64,000 nucleotides of DNA from Camelus ferus (GCF_009834535.1 NC_045697.1:38194001-38258000), one strand, 5' to 3'; counted from the first letter of the stretch, positions 13,656 to 27,182 are shown. Notes: a model not told the origin generated them from the letters alone. Program-made: numbers and translations.

Positions 13656-15270
13656 AAGGAGCTCCACAGTACTTCTTTATCATTTACAGAATACCTCTTG
13701 AAACAAAAATAATTAAATCATCCCATTTTTAAAAATTGTAAGTTCTAATGTTGGATTTTTTATTTTAGCCAAATTAAAGTCTCTTTACCCTTTCAAACTC
13801 TAATAAGTACACTTGCTGTTACTTTTAAATATTTGCTAGCCTTTCATAATATTTCAACTGTCTCTGAAACAATTCTTCCTTTATTGTTAAATAATTTCCA
13901 AGTTTTAGCTTTCCCAAAACTTCAAACAATAAACTTATTGTTTACTTATAATTTTAACCAAAGGTGTGATTTTTAGAATTTGCTTTAGGACTCTGGGAAG
14001 TCATCAATTTGTAATTCCTACTAGGAGACTGGGTTTAATAACATTCTAGACCTCTCGATTTTATCTTTGTTCTTTGCAAAATGAGCTGCCTGACCAAACA
14101 AATCTGGTTTTGAAGAATATTAACTTGCCATCTTTTCAGTTACTTATGATTTTTTAAAAAGTGGAATCCCTTTAAATACTTTTTTTAAAAAATACTGCAA
14201 AATGCCCTCAGGTACTAGACATTAGTCAACGGTCCTGCTCCTCTCACTTCCCCTCTGTAAGCCATGTCTATCCTACCCCCTCGATGCAGGTGACTAATGG
14301 ACAGCTGACCCAAAGCTAGACTGACCTGATCAGATTTTTTTCTCACAGGAGTTTGAAAGGACAGAGAAAGTCTAAGGCAGTAAGATATGAATGCTGGATT
14401 TGAACAGACTTGTCAACCAAGAGCATCATTTGGGGACGACTCAGATGAATCATGCCCAGGACAGCAAAGGAAGCCAGCTCTCAGAAAGCAAGAAGAATGA
14501 AGCAGGTACGCAGAGCAGAGCAAAGACAACTGGCTCCTGCAACCTAGAAAAACTGTCTTCCCAGTTCCCAGTTCTCATCCTTCTGAGCCTCCACTGCAGT
14601 TAAGCAGGCTTAGAGTAGCATCAGTTCTTGACTGTTTTAAAATCAAGTGTATTAATTTGAGGTATTGGGAGGCCAACAGATCAGGAGATGACTGCTATTG
14701 GAAAGACAGTTCCCAAGAGGTGGGGGCCACATGAGGAAGCACCAAGGTTTGGTCATTAAGCAGAGGGAGGGGGCCCACAGAGGGAATGAGGGAGGCAGGA
14801 GATCAAGGCAAGGTGACTAAGGCATATCATTGGGTTGCCCAGAACAAGGCATGTCCAGCACATACATGTAGGGCAGATGTTAAAGCATCAAACTGACAGA
14901 AGCTAGAAACATGGTTAATAAACATATCCAAACATACTCAAAAATAAGTTAAGGAACTTGTCCAAAGTTGCAGGGCTAATTAGAGGCAACATCAGGACTA
15001 AAAAGCCCAGTTCCTTACTAACATGCCACACTCTGTTGTACCTCCCACTGGTCCAGGGCCTCCAGTCTCTTTGTAGGATAACATGGGGCATAGCACTCAG
15101 ACTCCATAATAGCAAAAGCAAAACCCCACACAAAGGATCTTTTTTATCCTCCCTAGACAGGAAAATATCACTTTGGGGAGCAAACTCCCAAGCTACAATA
15201 GTGCTGTCCCCTTCAAGTAATAACAGAATTCACACCTACCCAGAACATTAATGGCTAACTTCTCACTTAC

Positions 15271-15685
15271 CTGTCATTTAGAGTTGACATTATACATCAT
15301 GGTATGATTAGTCTTTTGCAAAGACTGTTTCTAAGATGCTATTAAGACTGTGATCTGAGGATGCCTCTGTAGGATCGATAGCTCTTATCTCAAGATTGAC
15401 AGGTGAAGCCTCTCTTGAAAATGACCATTTACCTTGATTCTCCCCACCTTGACTTCTGAATTTGGTATACTTAGACACATTTTGTTCCTTATTATCTACT
15501 CTCATTTCCCCATTGTCTGTACATTTTGAGACTTTACACAGTACCTTATTGGTGTACCAATTGGATAATACATTTTTGTGGTTTGTCATTCTTTTTAAAT
15601 TACAAACTCCCTTTTGACAAACGTGCCCTATATCTCTCGTTCTTTCCTTTCTCTGAGCCTTTATTCCCCAGTATAAAAGTCCAGG
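15271..15685 (-). pseudogene. Long exon-like segment (415 nt), 125 open codons PGLLYWGIKAQRKERTRDIG...LETVFAKD*
   Basis: Acceptor cctccctcttacag| and a consensus donor cag|gtaagt. Open from the first base to TAA at 15308-15310, in apparently non-repetitive DNA. Confidence 0.4.
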
Positions 15686-16656
15686 CTGTAAGAGGGAGGC
15701 ATGAGCATAAATGAGCTATCAGAATACTGCTGTAACCAAACCAAAAATAAAGGAAATAAAAAACCAGTTGAGCTGCTTTTAGGCTTTATGGCTCTCGGTT
15801 GCATGGTGATGATTATTCTTGATTGAAAAAGTGTTCCCACTGCTATTTTGTCTTAATTCATGCACTTATTTGTAGGAGATAAAACATAGCTGGTCGGATA
15901 CCACCCTATTTCCTGCCTTCTGAGTACCTCCAATTCCTTGTCTTCCCTGGGGCCAGAGGGGAGATGAGTGACAGGACAGGGCTGTAGTGAGACACCAGGA
16001 GGCCCCCCCAGGGAACGAGACCTGGTCATCAGCTCTGAGGACAGGGAGCTATGCCAGAAGCAGCTGTGTGCCTGGAGAGTAACAGAACTATTCATAACAA
16101 GAATGCAGGGCGCCTACTCCAGGTGCACCTTGTTGGATAAATGCTAATAAGCAACACAATGGGATAGGTAATAATATACATCAGCTTCCTTGTTGATAAA
16201 ACTAAGCCAGGCCTTTCAGGGATGTCAGGCTCTCTGGTCTCCAGCCGGGGCCCAGGGAGGCCCACAGACTGTTCCTGACCCAGATATGAACAATGCTCAC
16301 TGCTTCAGCCACAATCACAGGTAAATCCTTAAATCATCCCCTCTGGTCACCATAGTCACAACAACACCTTTCCCTCCCACAGTGGCTGAAATGCAGGCAG
16401 TAGCAGCTTGTAGATTGAGTCCCTTTGTTCCCTGCTGCTTCCACCCCGGAGCCCCAGGTGCTGTACTGCGTTCCCTGAGGGGGTGCAGTAGGCCAGGTCC
16501 GCAGGCTGTAGTGAGTCCCCGTGCTTCTCACCTGGACTCTGCACCCCCTGCTCTTGGTGGTGTTGCACAGTGCTATCATCAGACAGACTCGAGCTCAAAT
16601 CTGATTCTATCACTTGAGTGTCCTTTGAAAACTCTTTGCTCCTCCATTAACACAAC

Positions 16657-16748
16657 TTTTTTTTTTTAATGGAGGTACTGGGGATTGAACCCAGGGCCTC
16701 ATGCATGCTAAACATGTGCTCTACCACTGAACTATACACACCCTCCTC
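16657..16748 (-). mobile_element. tRNA-derived SINE, camelid Vic-1-like (short form)
   Basis: Reverse complement contains tagttcagtggtagagcacatgtttagcatgcatgaggccctgggttcaatccccagtacctccattaaaaaaa. Confidence 0.85.
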
Positions 16749-16936
16749 CATTAACTCATCTTTAACATGGAAATGATAATAACAGAACTGCCAAAGGTTA
16801 TTATAAGGGTTAAATGAGTTCAGGTGTAAAGCATTTATCATAATAGCTGACCTACAGAAAGCCCTCAATTATGCTAGTTCTTTACCATGATTGTGATGAC
16901 GATGTGCTTCTCAGCTGTGCAGAAGGCCACAAAGGA

Positions 16937-16958
16937 CACACACACACACATACACACA
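16937..16958. repeat. (CA)n microsatellite
   Basis: acacacacacacatacacaca. Confidence 0.85.
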
Positions 16959-17446
16959 TGCCCTCCCCCACTTTGGGCCTGGGTCCTGCAAGGACTGTAG
17001 TGAAGCTTCCCCTTTTCTTCACCAGGAAAGTGGTTCCTGACCACTCCCTAAGCCTAAGTTCTGCCAAATAAGGAAGGAGAACGCCCTGTCCCCAGGTCCC
17101 AAACCCCTCTCTTGGAAGCCAAAAATACAGTCCCTTGAATTCCCTCTCCACCAGTCCCTTTCATCCATGAGCCAGTTGCTGAAGTGCCTCTGGGGCCAAC
17201 CCCCGACCTGCATTTTATATTTGGTCCTTCCCTCTTTGCAAACTTTGCTCCCCTAGAGTCACAGGAGACCTCCAAAAGCTGCCTGGTATGCACTGGGCAA
17301 ATTAACACCCAACTGACCACTGAATATCTCGTAATGTGAATAAATAAAAAAAGTAATTCAAATGCTTAGAAAATGGCATCTATTAAATCCAGAAGCTCAA
17401 ATGCACAAAATCCAAGTCATCTCAACTCCCAAATTCTAAAGTTCCA

Positions 17447-17633
17447 TTAGATTTGCTTTTTCCTCATAGGGCTCTGCCTACTATCCATTATTCCTATTGA
17501 GCAACTGAAGAGCAAATTAATTTGTTTTTCATCTTTGACAGGTTTCATAGTATTAGAGGAAAATAAAAGTGTTTTATTGATTCGATGGTGAATCTGAAAG
17601 GCTTTCCTATCTACCCTCAAGTCAATGAAGGCT
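17447..17633 (-). pseudogene. Terminal-exon-like segment AFIDLRVDRKAFQIHHRINK...SPMRKKQI*
   Basis: Acceptor ctgtacctttag|. Phase-2 start is compatible with 22660-22773. Open for 61 codons to TAA. Confidence 0.3.
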
Positions 17634-17924
17634 CTAAAGGTACAGATCATCAAAAATAATATAAAATTTAAGGGCTAAAAACAATGAAGAAAGAAAAGGA
17701 ATAGCTGTCATGTCACTAGAATCCTCTGGAAACCAAATGTTAGTGCTAAAGCTACGTGTAAATTTATAGCATAGTGATGTAGTGCAAACAGCCCTAGAGT
17801 GGGAATTGGTTGTGCCAAAGGAACAGAGAGAAGACCTGAGCATTGTGGGCAAGGAGTTAACTGGTGTGAGATGTCAGAGGATGGTGCAGGAAACTGAAAT
17901 ATTAGACCCAATCTCTCTCTCATG

Positions 17925-17951
17925 CACACATACACACACACATACACACAC
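17925..17951. repeat. (CA)n microsatellite, interrupted
   Basis: cacacatacacacacacatacacaca. Confidence 0.85.
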
Positions 17952-17954
17952 TAG

Positions 17955-18400
17955 TCCATGTCCTTTGACATGCCCACTTTGTAATTTCTGTCACAAGAGG
18001 AAGCCTATTTCCCCATCCCTGGACTTCGGGTTTGCCACGACATTTTCTTTGGTAGATGGGATGCCAGCATAAGTGACACAAGAACTGTGTCAGATGCTTA
18101 GGTACGTCCTCTGGTGCTCTGCCACAGCCTATTGGTGACTGGTGCCATCCAAGAGGAGAATGAGAGACACCGGGAGCAGAACAGGCCAGAGCAAACCTGC
18201 AGCTGGAAGCAGAGCTGCCTAGTCCCTACAGCCTAGGCCAGCCAGCCCTGCACCAATCTGCACGCATGTGAGCAAAGCAGCTGCAATCAGCAGAGCTGCC
18301 CTGGCAGACCAGCAGACCCAGCAGAACAAGGGCTGCTTTCAGCCAGAGTTTTTAGGGTGGTCTGTGCTTCAGGATCACTGAGGCACTATCTAAACAATCC
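17955..18400. mobile_element. Old MaLR LTR (MLT1F/G/H-like)
   Basis: cctatttccccatccctggacttcggg...gagaatgagagacac...ctgctttcagccagagtttttagggtggtctgt. Confidence 0.5.
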
Positions 18401-19029
18401 AGGCCTTGCATGCCAGAATAGGAGTGTTGGTTTTATTCCTAGGAGACCTTTTTAGTCAGTGACATTATCTGATTTCCAGGGGATGGATCATAAAACTCCT
18501 GCAGCAATCCAGGCAAGAGAAGCTTGGACTAAAGGGAACCCTTTGTTGTTTGGAGGAGCTGAGAAACAAAGCGGTAGCTGAAGTGCTGGGGAAATGTGAA
18601 GAGAAGGGAAGGGTCGGTTTGTTCAAGATGAAATCACTAGAGCATGTCTGTGTGCTGGAGGGAGGAGCTGCCCGGGTGAGGAGCAGCTAACGCAGACACA
18701 GCCTTCACTGGGAGCCCCGCCCTGTCCTCAGCACTGCACTAAATTTACTCCTTTAATCTGCACAAGAACTTGGCAAAGTAGATACCACTGCATTTTACAG
18801 ATGGGGCAACAGAGGCACAGAGCAATTACATGACTTTCCGAAGCTCATACACCTAGGAGATGGCACAGACGAGATTCACGCTTAAGCCGTCTGACTCCCA
18901 GAGCCCGTGTACCAAGCCACTAAGGCAAACCTACCACTGGAGCCCGTCCCTGAGACTGAGAGAGGATGGCACCATGAGCAAAGCTGGTGCCCGCCATTCC
19001 AGTTCTACAAGGATCAAGTCATGAGCCAC

Positions 19030-19439
19030 TGCAGTCGAGGGGACCCCCTGAGAGGAATTTAGGAAGCAGCATTCTGCGTCTTGGATATAGAGGCCCCTGG
19101 AGAGTTAAACTGCATACCTAAGGGAGAATTTCAATGACCTCAGATTCTTCTTTCTCCCATACATAGGAAAGTACTAAATTCATTAACTACCAGTAACCTT
19201 TCACCAAGCTTGCTATTGTAACCTTGACTAGCAGTAACCTTTTACCAAGATGTATGCTTGACTACCAGTATTTCCCAGCCAGAAAAATGCATATGTATCT
19301 TGGCTCCTCCTCTACCTCTTTGAAGCAGTTCTTCAGAGCTATCTGAGAGGCTGTCTTCTGGGCTATAATCCTCAGAAAGTTCCCAAATAAAACTGAAACT
19401 CACAGCTCTCACACTGTGCATTTTTCTTTTCAGTTGACA
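19030..19439 (+). mobile_element. ERV solo LTR
   Basis: aaataaaactgaaactcacagctctc...tttcagttgaca end. Shares blocks with the LTR at 27241-27801. Confidence 0.7.
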
Positions 19440-19481
19440 GGACCAGGGCACAAGAGGAGGGGCTGGTGTCCAATATTTTCA

Positions 19482-19668
19482 GAAATGTACAGCATAGGGA
19501 ATATAGTCAATAATACTATAATAACCTTGTATGGCGACAGATGGTAACTAGGACTTACAGTGATCATTGTGTAATGTATAAAAATATTGAATCACTATGT
19601 TGTACACCTGAAACTAATATAATATTGCAAGCCAACTGTATTTCAATAAAAAATTTGTAATAAAAAAT
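19482..19668 (+). mobile_element. L1 3' end
   Basis: tgtacagcatagggaatatagtcaataat...tgtacacctgaaactaatataatattg...tttcaataaaaaa. Confidence 0.8.
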
Positions 19669-20157
19669 ACACTCAGGAAAGCTTCATTCACAGAAACAGG
19701 AGTAAAATGGAGACTCTGGTTACAGATAAAAGTTGTTTGATGGAATCATGACAGAATGATGAGGGGGTTCCTGCTTTATTATTTGTCTTATTAACCAGTA
19801 TTAAAGGCAAGATCATCAGATCAATGCAAGTGGGGAGAAGAATTTAAGAGACAGGAAAATAAGGGAACAAGCCACTTTAGGCAAAAGGAATGCTAATATA
19901 TCAAGGAAATAAAGTGGAATTATAGTGCAGAATTTAAAGAGACTGGTTAACACGCTTGAGTGTTTTTCTCCACATGATTTATTTAGTTGCAGGTTTAGGA
20001 GAAGGAGGGAGATGGGAGAGGGTGAGGATATTTGCAGAACAAAGAATCTAGACTGGATATGAAAAGAACCAACAATAAAAGCAGGAAGAATGACAGGAAA
20101 AGAAGAAAAGAAAGAGGTCAATGGATTAAAGGTCCAAATGACCTGCTGGAGTGGAAG

Positions 20158-20806
20158 TGATACAGGAAAATGCGGGGTGAGAAGATGGCCGTGTCCCAGG
20201 TCTCAGTTGAGACCCTGGGATGTGCCCTGCCAAGTATGGGTCCTTGGCTTTGCACAGGAAAGAATTTAAGAGTGAGGCATAGTTGAGTAAAGTTAAATTT
20301 ATTTAGAGAGATACATACTTCATAGACAGTGCAGGCAGTCTCAGAAGGCAAGAGAAGGGCCACAAGGTATGGGGATTGCTTAGTTTAAAGTAAAAGTAGT
20401 TACACACTACATAGATAGTGTGGGCCGTCTCACTCAGAAGGGAGAGCAGCCATGAGGAGTGGGGGTTGTTAGCTTTTATGGGCTCAGTAACTTCATATGC
20501 TAACAAGTGGGAGGATTATTTCAGCTACTTTGGGGAAGGAGCAGGGATTCCCAGGAATTGGGCCACTGCCCACTTTTTGACCTTTGATGGTTAGCCTTGG
20601 AACTGTCATGGCACCTGTGGGAGTGCCATGTACCATGTTAATATATTAAAGTGAGCATATAATGAAGCTTAAAGTCTACTGGAAGTCAAATCTCCTACCA
20701 TTTTGGGCCTCAAGGTCTGTTGGGAGTTGAATTTTCTGCCACCTTGGTGTTAATTGCTGTGTCATTCCTTGAATGGCTGTGCCCTGTCCCCTTCCTTCCT
20801 GTCTCA
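20158..20806 (-). mobile_element. ERV1-type solo LTR with intact 4-bp target-site duplication
   Basis: TG...CA termini flanked by GAAG at 20154-20157 and 20807-20810. Contains a diverged internal duplication (~20320-20385 vs ~20411-20478). Confidence 0.8.
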
Positions 20807-22659
20807 GAAGGTCTAGAATAGGCAAGCTAGAAGCATAGAAGATACTGGTCAAGAGAAGTATATTTGCAGTAAAGATCCGAGAGGTAGTCCTGTCACTGGT
20901 AACAGAAAGTCAAACTTCCGACTGTAGGAGTGGTGGTGCAGGTGGAGAGAACCAATCCAGGATCAAAGAAGCAAGCAAGGTACTGGATGCAAATCTCCAA
21001 GAACAAAGCCAGCAACTAGTGATAGGAAGATAGTGAAGCAGTCTGGTCAGCAGTGAATGGGACCTAGGGGCCGTAGCAACAGAGATGGGTGGTAAAGTCT
21101 AAAAGCACAAAATTCTAAGGAGTTGGGTGTTTAAAGGATGAAAGAGATATGATCTGGAAGCCACAATAGGGTACTAAGGGGACACTCACCCCAAGCTCCA
21201 GGGCCTGTGGAACTTGCACTGTGAATATTACTACTAACAATAACATCATAGCAAAAATGGAACATCAATACTAAGCTGGAGAGGGCTGCAGGGGAGCTGA
21301 TGTCTGCAGGAAGCACCCAGGTTTCAATTAGGTTGAGCAGGTGGTGAGGGCTTTCAGAGTAGTGGCTGGGGATCTAGAATAGTTTGCCCTGATAGCTCAT
21401 CAATTCCAAATGGCATGGGGAAGAGTTTTGGGAGGTTGGAGAAAAGTAGCAAGTTGGGTCAGATGGGCAGAGACGGCAGATGGCAGCAGAGGGCACAGAC
21501 AATTCGGATGCCCTGGAGAGGCGTGGCCTTCTGGTGGAATGTGAGGGATGATGGGATTCGTTCTATGAGTCCTTGGGGAGGCTGGGTATCCAGGTCAAGC
21601 TGACCTGGATAGGGCCTCTGGGCAATAGTCATCTCCTGCTGACCATGGCAGTGAAGGAAGCCAGGATGTGAGGTACTCCTTCATCTGTCTGTAGACAGGG
21701 AGGGACTGGCAGTGCAGGCACAACAGAGCAGGGAGAAAGAATTAGAAACTTAATCCATCACAGTTCTGGGTCCACTGTACAATAAAGAATAATCATTTAC
21801 CTGCTTAAGTAGGACAGTGATTAAAGATATTATTTATTAGAAAAGTATTGAGTCGGTCTGGTTCTTGCTATAAATTGTAAAACTGCAAAATCCCAAGCAT
21901 GCTTTTGAAATGAACTTATGCTCTCAACTACATTTGAATGCTAATGACTTGGTGAATCTAGAATTAAAACACACAAATGATTTACTTAGGTGGAATAAGC
22001 ATAAACAAGATCCTTCTTTAGAGTCCTTTCCTGCTGTGAATATTTATTAGAAGCACCAGAAAGTACTCAGACTTGATTCTGCTGAAAAATGCATTGTGTC
22101 ATTGGCTGACATTCAATTGTTATTTATGACAGATAATATTGTGATATATTGCTTAGTTTCTAAATACAGTATTTCATAACTCAAATGTCCATGAATGGAT
22201 GGCTAGTTGATAAAATTATAATATTCTACATAATATACCACACAATATACCTATTACAAGTGAGGTACATTTCTGTATACCACAAAGAGGGGAAAAGGAA
22301 GATATATTACACAACATACAGAATGTATGTGTGTGGAGAGAGGGAAAGAGAGAAAGGAAAAGTGCACACATAAAAAAGAGATGTATGATAGATAATTTTT
22401 AATCTATGTATGATAGATAATTGTTAGGGTTTATTTTTTGAGGGTAGAAATACTGAATGTTTCATTTTGAAGTTTCTGTGGTCTTTATATCTTTTTTACA
22501 GTGTTCAGTTGTAACACAGAGAAATGAGGGATAAATAAATAAGGTTATATTTATCACAGCCAGCAGAGAATCTTAAAGATCAATCAAAAGGTATTAGCAT
22601 TCCTTGGATGAGTCTGGTTTGTCCTTTAAGCTTGTCTGGAAATTCACTATTGCACTGAC

Positions 22660-22773
22660 CAGTGTACTTGCATAGCTCCTTCACTTCCTGTTTTTCAAGG
22701 AAAACTGCATATATAGCAGGGTGTCCTGTATCCAGACAGATTGCAGTTTGCAGAATTGGTGACCCAGTGATCC
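22660..22773 (-). pseudogene. Exon-like segment (114 nt, phase 2->2) DHWVTNSANCNLSGYRTPCYICSFP*KTGSEGAMQVH
   Basis: Acceptor gatttctacag|, donor ctg|gtcagt. In phase with 23176-23583. Single TGA at 22695-22697. Confidence 0.35.
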
Positions 22774-23175
22774 CTGTAGAAATCTATCAGCATGAGTTGG
22801 TAATCAAAGGGGATCATTTTTTGATTGAAGAAGAAGCAGTTCTTTTCCGGGTGAGCAGGGGTGCCCAGAGGAGGAAAGACAAGGAGATGGATAGAATAGG
22901 ATGGAGTTCTCCCCTTCACCATCCAAGGATCTGGTCTGAATCACAACCATGAAACTGAAGGGCATGGAGAAGAAGCCCATTCTGTCCCATTACAGACTGG
23001 AAGACCATTGGTACTGTGCCGAGATGTTCCCAGGGCAGCAGGAAGAGCTTAGTGAGAAGGCAAGAGTAGAAGAATTTGAGTGGGTAAGTTTTTGAACACA
23101 AGCAGATACCACCTTGGGGATGTCTGACACAGGAGGGACATTTAAGGAGAGGATAAAATGGTGGCCAAGACTTAC

Positions 23176-23583
23176 CGTGATCTAGGCAACAACGTTAACA
23201 GGACTACATCTGCACTCGAGGCCTGTAGGGGACTCACACGTGCAGTGTCAAACAAGGTATCAGGAGTTAGCCTGTCCAAGCACCAAGGTCCATATCTTCC
23301 TCTCTTTTGGGGAAGGGGAGGGAAGTCGATCGTATATTCCTTATTTCCCTGTTTTTGGTCCCTCAGAAAACTATGGTCCATAGGACTACGTTGGAATTTA
23401 GTTCAGAACTTCTTTAGCCTATTGTTGAAGACACCAAAGCACCTGGTTTCTCTTTTAAACTCAAATTCCTTTGTGCTAATATCATAAAAACTCACGGAAT
23501 CTTCAATTTTCTTTTGAGTTCTCATCGAAATTTTTATGACACATCTCCACTTGACACTGTGATGAAAACTCCTCTTTGAACAC
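23176..23583 (-). pseudogene. Long exon-like segment (408 nt, phase 2->2) with one internal TGA; product unrecognised
   Basis: Acceptor gcttgattag|, donor acg|gtaagt. ORF-track entries 23403-23591 and 23172-23381 are in the same frame, separated only by TGA at 23403-23405. Confidence 0.45.
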
Positions 23584-24919
23584 CTAATCAAGCACTAACG
23601 ACATAAGGATTCATTTTTCAAAGAACAGCCCCATGAACTCAGCCTTTTTGAAAGTGTACTTGATTTTAAGTTAAATGGCTGACTATACTTAAATAAGAAC
23701 AGAAGGGTTTAAAAAAAAAAAAAAAGATGGCGGCCCAGTGGCATTTTCCAGAGGCCTCCATTCAGGTACTGGGCTGTACTTTTAGCAAAGCTAAGTTTTT
23801 AATTTAAGAATGTGCCATAGGCTCTACTAGAAAAGACATAAATAATGGAAACTAGAGCCTGGAAAATGGCAAGCTGGCTCACCCTCTTGGAGCATCATTT
23901 GTTAGATCCAGCTGTAAAGGCTAGAAGTTATAAAAAATGCCTGCAGGATTTCTTTTTAAGCATTAACACACCACTACTTTAAATGTTGATTCTGACTGAG
24001 AAATTCCTCTCTGCAGGTGCTTTTTACCCCTGTAACCTCAGCAAGCTGCCAGGGCCTCAGGAGACTAAACAAATTGCTAACTTAAAAATTCATTATAGTA
24101 TCTGCTCCCTGTCCAAGACATAAAATGTACTCTATAATTTGCTCTTCTGAATCCCCAGGGACCTCAATCATCAAGGTCCCATGTGCTTGTGTGACACTAT
24201 CTCTTGTCTATTATTAATATACTGGATGTTTCTTAAAAACATATCACACCCAAAAGTCCTAAAATTAGGGAAGTGAAAATGCCACAAGCCAGCATAGTAA
24301 TTTTCCTGAAGTAAGCAATATCAAAACTGATGACAAAGATGATATCAATGCGTTAGATTTCCAGGCAGGAAGCATAAAGTATTAAACTCTACAGTTTTCA
24401 TTTACCAACAGATGGCAAATGGAAGACCAGGGGCGTGAAGTCACTGTTAGAAGTCCATGACCAAAAGAAATTCAGATCCATGAAGCTATGAAAAGATAAT
24501 ATTGAAATTATCAGGAATATAATATAAAAGTATGAAGCTTAAGTAGGCATTATTTTGAAAACATAAAGACATCTGGGCAAAGGCCCAGACTTAGTACAGA
24601 TAAAGCAGGCAGCTGCTTATCTTTTAAAGACTCATAAAAAAGGCACATAAATCCAAGACGGTTATAACTCAGGTAGGCCCAGTCAAGACACTGCTGTCTA
24701 GAAAGGGCCCAGGGGAAAAAGAGGGTAACGGGCATACAGAAGCAGGGAAACAGACCCAATCTCAGGGCAAAGTGGGACACTGAGAGAGTGCTGGAAGGGT
24801 AAAAGTGGGTGTTATTTATATTTGCACACTGAATTCTTGGGGTCTAGGTCATGATTAAGAACCAAATTTTCTTTCTCTGAAAGCTTGGGTCTAAATTCAG
24901 CTCAAAGCACTTCCTTGAA

Positions 24920-25040
24920 ATAATGGCCTATAGTGAAAAAGAATATGAACAGGAATATATGTGTATATCTGAATCACTATGCTGAACACCAGAAATTAAC
25001 AAACACTGTGACTTGATTATACTTCAGTTAAAAATATATA
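24920..25040 (+). mobile_element. Short L1 3' end (same family as 58515-59418)
   Basis: ctatagtgaaaaagaatatgaa...ctgaatcactatgctgaacaccagaaatt...tatacttcagttaaaaa. Confidence 0.75.
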
Positions 25041-26884
25041 TATTAAATTACACTATGTTTCACACACCAAAAAAATGTAGTTGGTAGGCAAATACAGTAG
25101 AAATGGATTATATAGATAAAGGAATGGAAAGGCCTAACAACAACAACAAAAACCCTCATGGATTATGTAAGGATAATGTTTCTGTTCTAAAGAAACACAG
25201 CACTTGTTTGAATGCAGTGATGGGTGGAGGCGAAGAGAACAATTTTATTAGATACAGGTACAAGAAGAGTCCTAGAACTCTAAAGAGTTTGCCCAGCAAT
25301 CATAACCCATCATGGATGAGATCAGAGATAAGCAAAATCACTTTAAAGAGATAGAATGGCTAAATTAAGAGCATGATCTGACTGTAACTCAGTCTTGATG
25401 ATGTGAGCGTATGTGATGAGGGAATGTGTCACTCAGAACAGTAATCAGCCTAGAAACACAAGGAACAAGGGCTTAGAAAAGAAAGAGCAGAAAGTACCCA
25501 TCACCGGCCAGACACAGGCTCAGAGGATACAGCTGGTTCCCTCCCCAGGTGCTCTCAGGGACAAGGTATGGATTTATACTCGGCATCCCCTTAGTGTGGA
25601 TAAAAGATCCCTCAAGACCACCTACAGACCTTTACTTCAATTTTGTCTTCACTAAGTATCCCTTTGATCATGAATTCAGCCTCTCAGTTACCCTGACACA
25701 GGAAGAATTCATTGAATGATAAAAATGAATATTTTGTGACTGGAAAGGGAATATTCCTCATCAAAATTAATAAATCAACATTTGGATTTACACGGTTCTC
25801 CCATAAGCCAACATGAGTCTGTCTTCTCCTCTTGTATTGGGAGGTACTTCACCAGGCACTGGCCTATAAACTTGTGAAACCACAAATCTAACATCAGACC
25901 CAGGTGGCAGGAATTTCACCATCTGGTGGGACATCTTGGCAGCCATTTAGCTAGAGCCCCTTAAGTGGCTCTACCCTCTCATGTTACAAAAAAAGAAACA
26001 TGTAAGAACACATGATCCACTTAATATTCTGTGTATTTAGCACTAGATGACTGTGAATCAGAAATCAACTATATAAATCAATAAATGATAACAAACCCAT
26101 TAGACCATACAAGGATAGACACCCTACCTATTTTATTATGGGCCCTAATGCAGTGCCTGACATATACTAGGAACTTGAGAAATATTTTTTGAATAAATAA
26201 AATTTTAAGAAAGGAAAAATTAAGATAAGAGGAAAAAAAGAAAGAATTCAGGTTCTTTCCAGAAGAGTAAGCTGCTGGTGAGGTGTGATGACTTTTCATA
26301 TGACTATTATGCCAAGTGCTTTCTGTCCTTTTGAGCAGCTATTCATAAAGATTTTTGGAGGGCAGAAAATTATGAAAATAGATCAGTCATGTAATTGGAC
26401 TGTTTATTATAACACAGGCTGTGAAGAAGCAATTTGTTCCTGCTTTAATATAAACACAAACTGAGATTGTTTAAAAATCACTTCCTATTTATACATACTA
26501 TCCAGCGGGAAGAAAAGAGACATCTAAAAGTCCACTGTATTTGTCTATTACTCACCTCGGGTATATACAGTCTACAGTGACGAGTTACAACAAAAAATAT
26601 GATGGATAGAAAAATAGAGAACAACAACCCATGAAAAGGTGGATAAACAGCTACCCTTATGTTTTCCGCAAGTCATGTGAGGAAACAGAGATAAACTGTA
26701 GCACATAATCCAGGACCCTCATATGTTTGTCACAGAGACTCCAGCGGGACTTTTGCACACATTGTAGATACTGCTTTGTCACATGATGCTACATTGAAGC
26801 ATCATGAGCTCCCTAACATCAAAGTTATTCCTCCACTGTTAAAAAGTTTTAAGGTCCAAGAAAAAGACCTATTAAAATCTAGTA

Positions 26885-27182
26885 AGGACACTGTACTAAG
26901 TGAAGTAAGCCAGACACAAAAGAACTAATATTGTATGAGTCCACTTACATAAGGTACCTAGAATAATCAAAATACAGAGACAAAAAGCAGAATAGGGGGC
27001 CAGGGCAAGGAGGAATGGAGAGTTCTTGTTTAATGGGTACAGAGTTTCACTTGGGGATGATGAACAAGTTCTGGAGATGGATGGTGGTGATGATTGCACA
27101 ACAGTATGAATGTACTTAATGCCACTGAGCTGTTCAACTAGAAATAGTTAAAATAAGTTTTTTGTTAAGTATATCTCACCAC
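26885..27182 (+). mobile_element. L1MB-type 3' end
   Basis: ctaagtgaagtaagccagacacaaaaagaac...aagttctggagatggatggtggtgatgattgcacaacagtatgaatgtacttaatgccactga. Confidence 0.8.

Noticed and set aside
2294..23405. Recurrent single in-frame TGA codons (23403, 22695, 9339, 2294), suggesting selenocysteine or stop readthrough
   Set aside because: The same locus also has TAG/TAA stops, frameshifts and a lost acceptor. CGA->TGA deamination explains the pattern more simply, and I identified no SECIS element.
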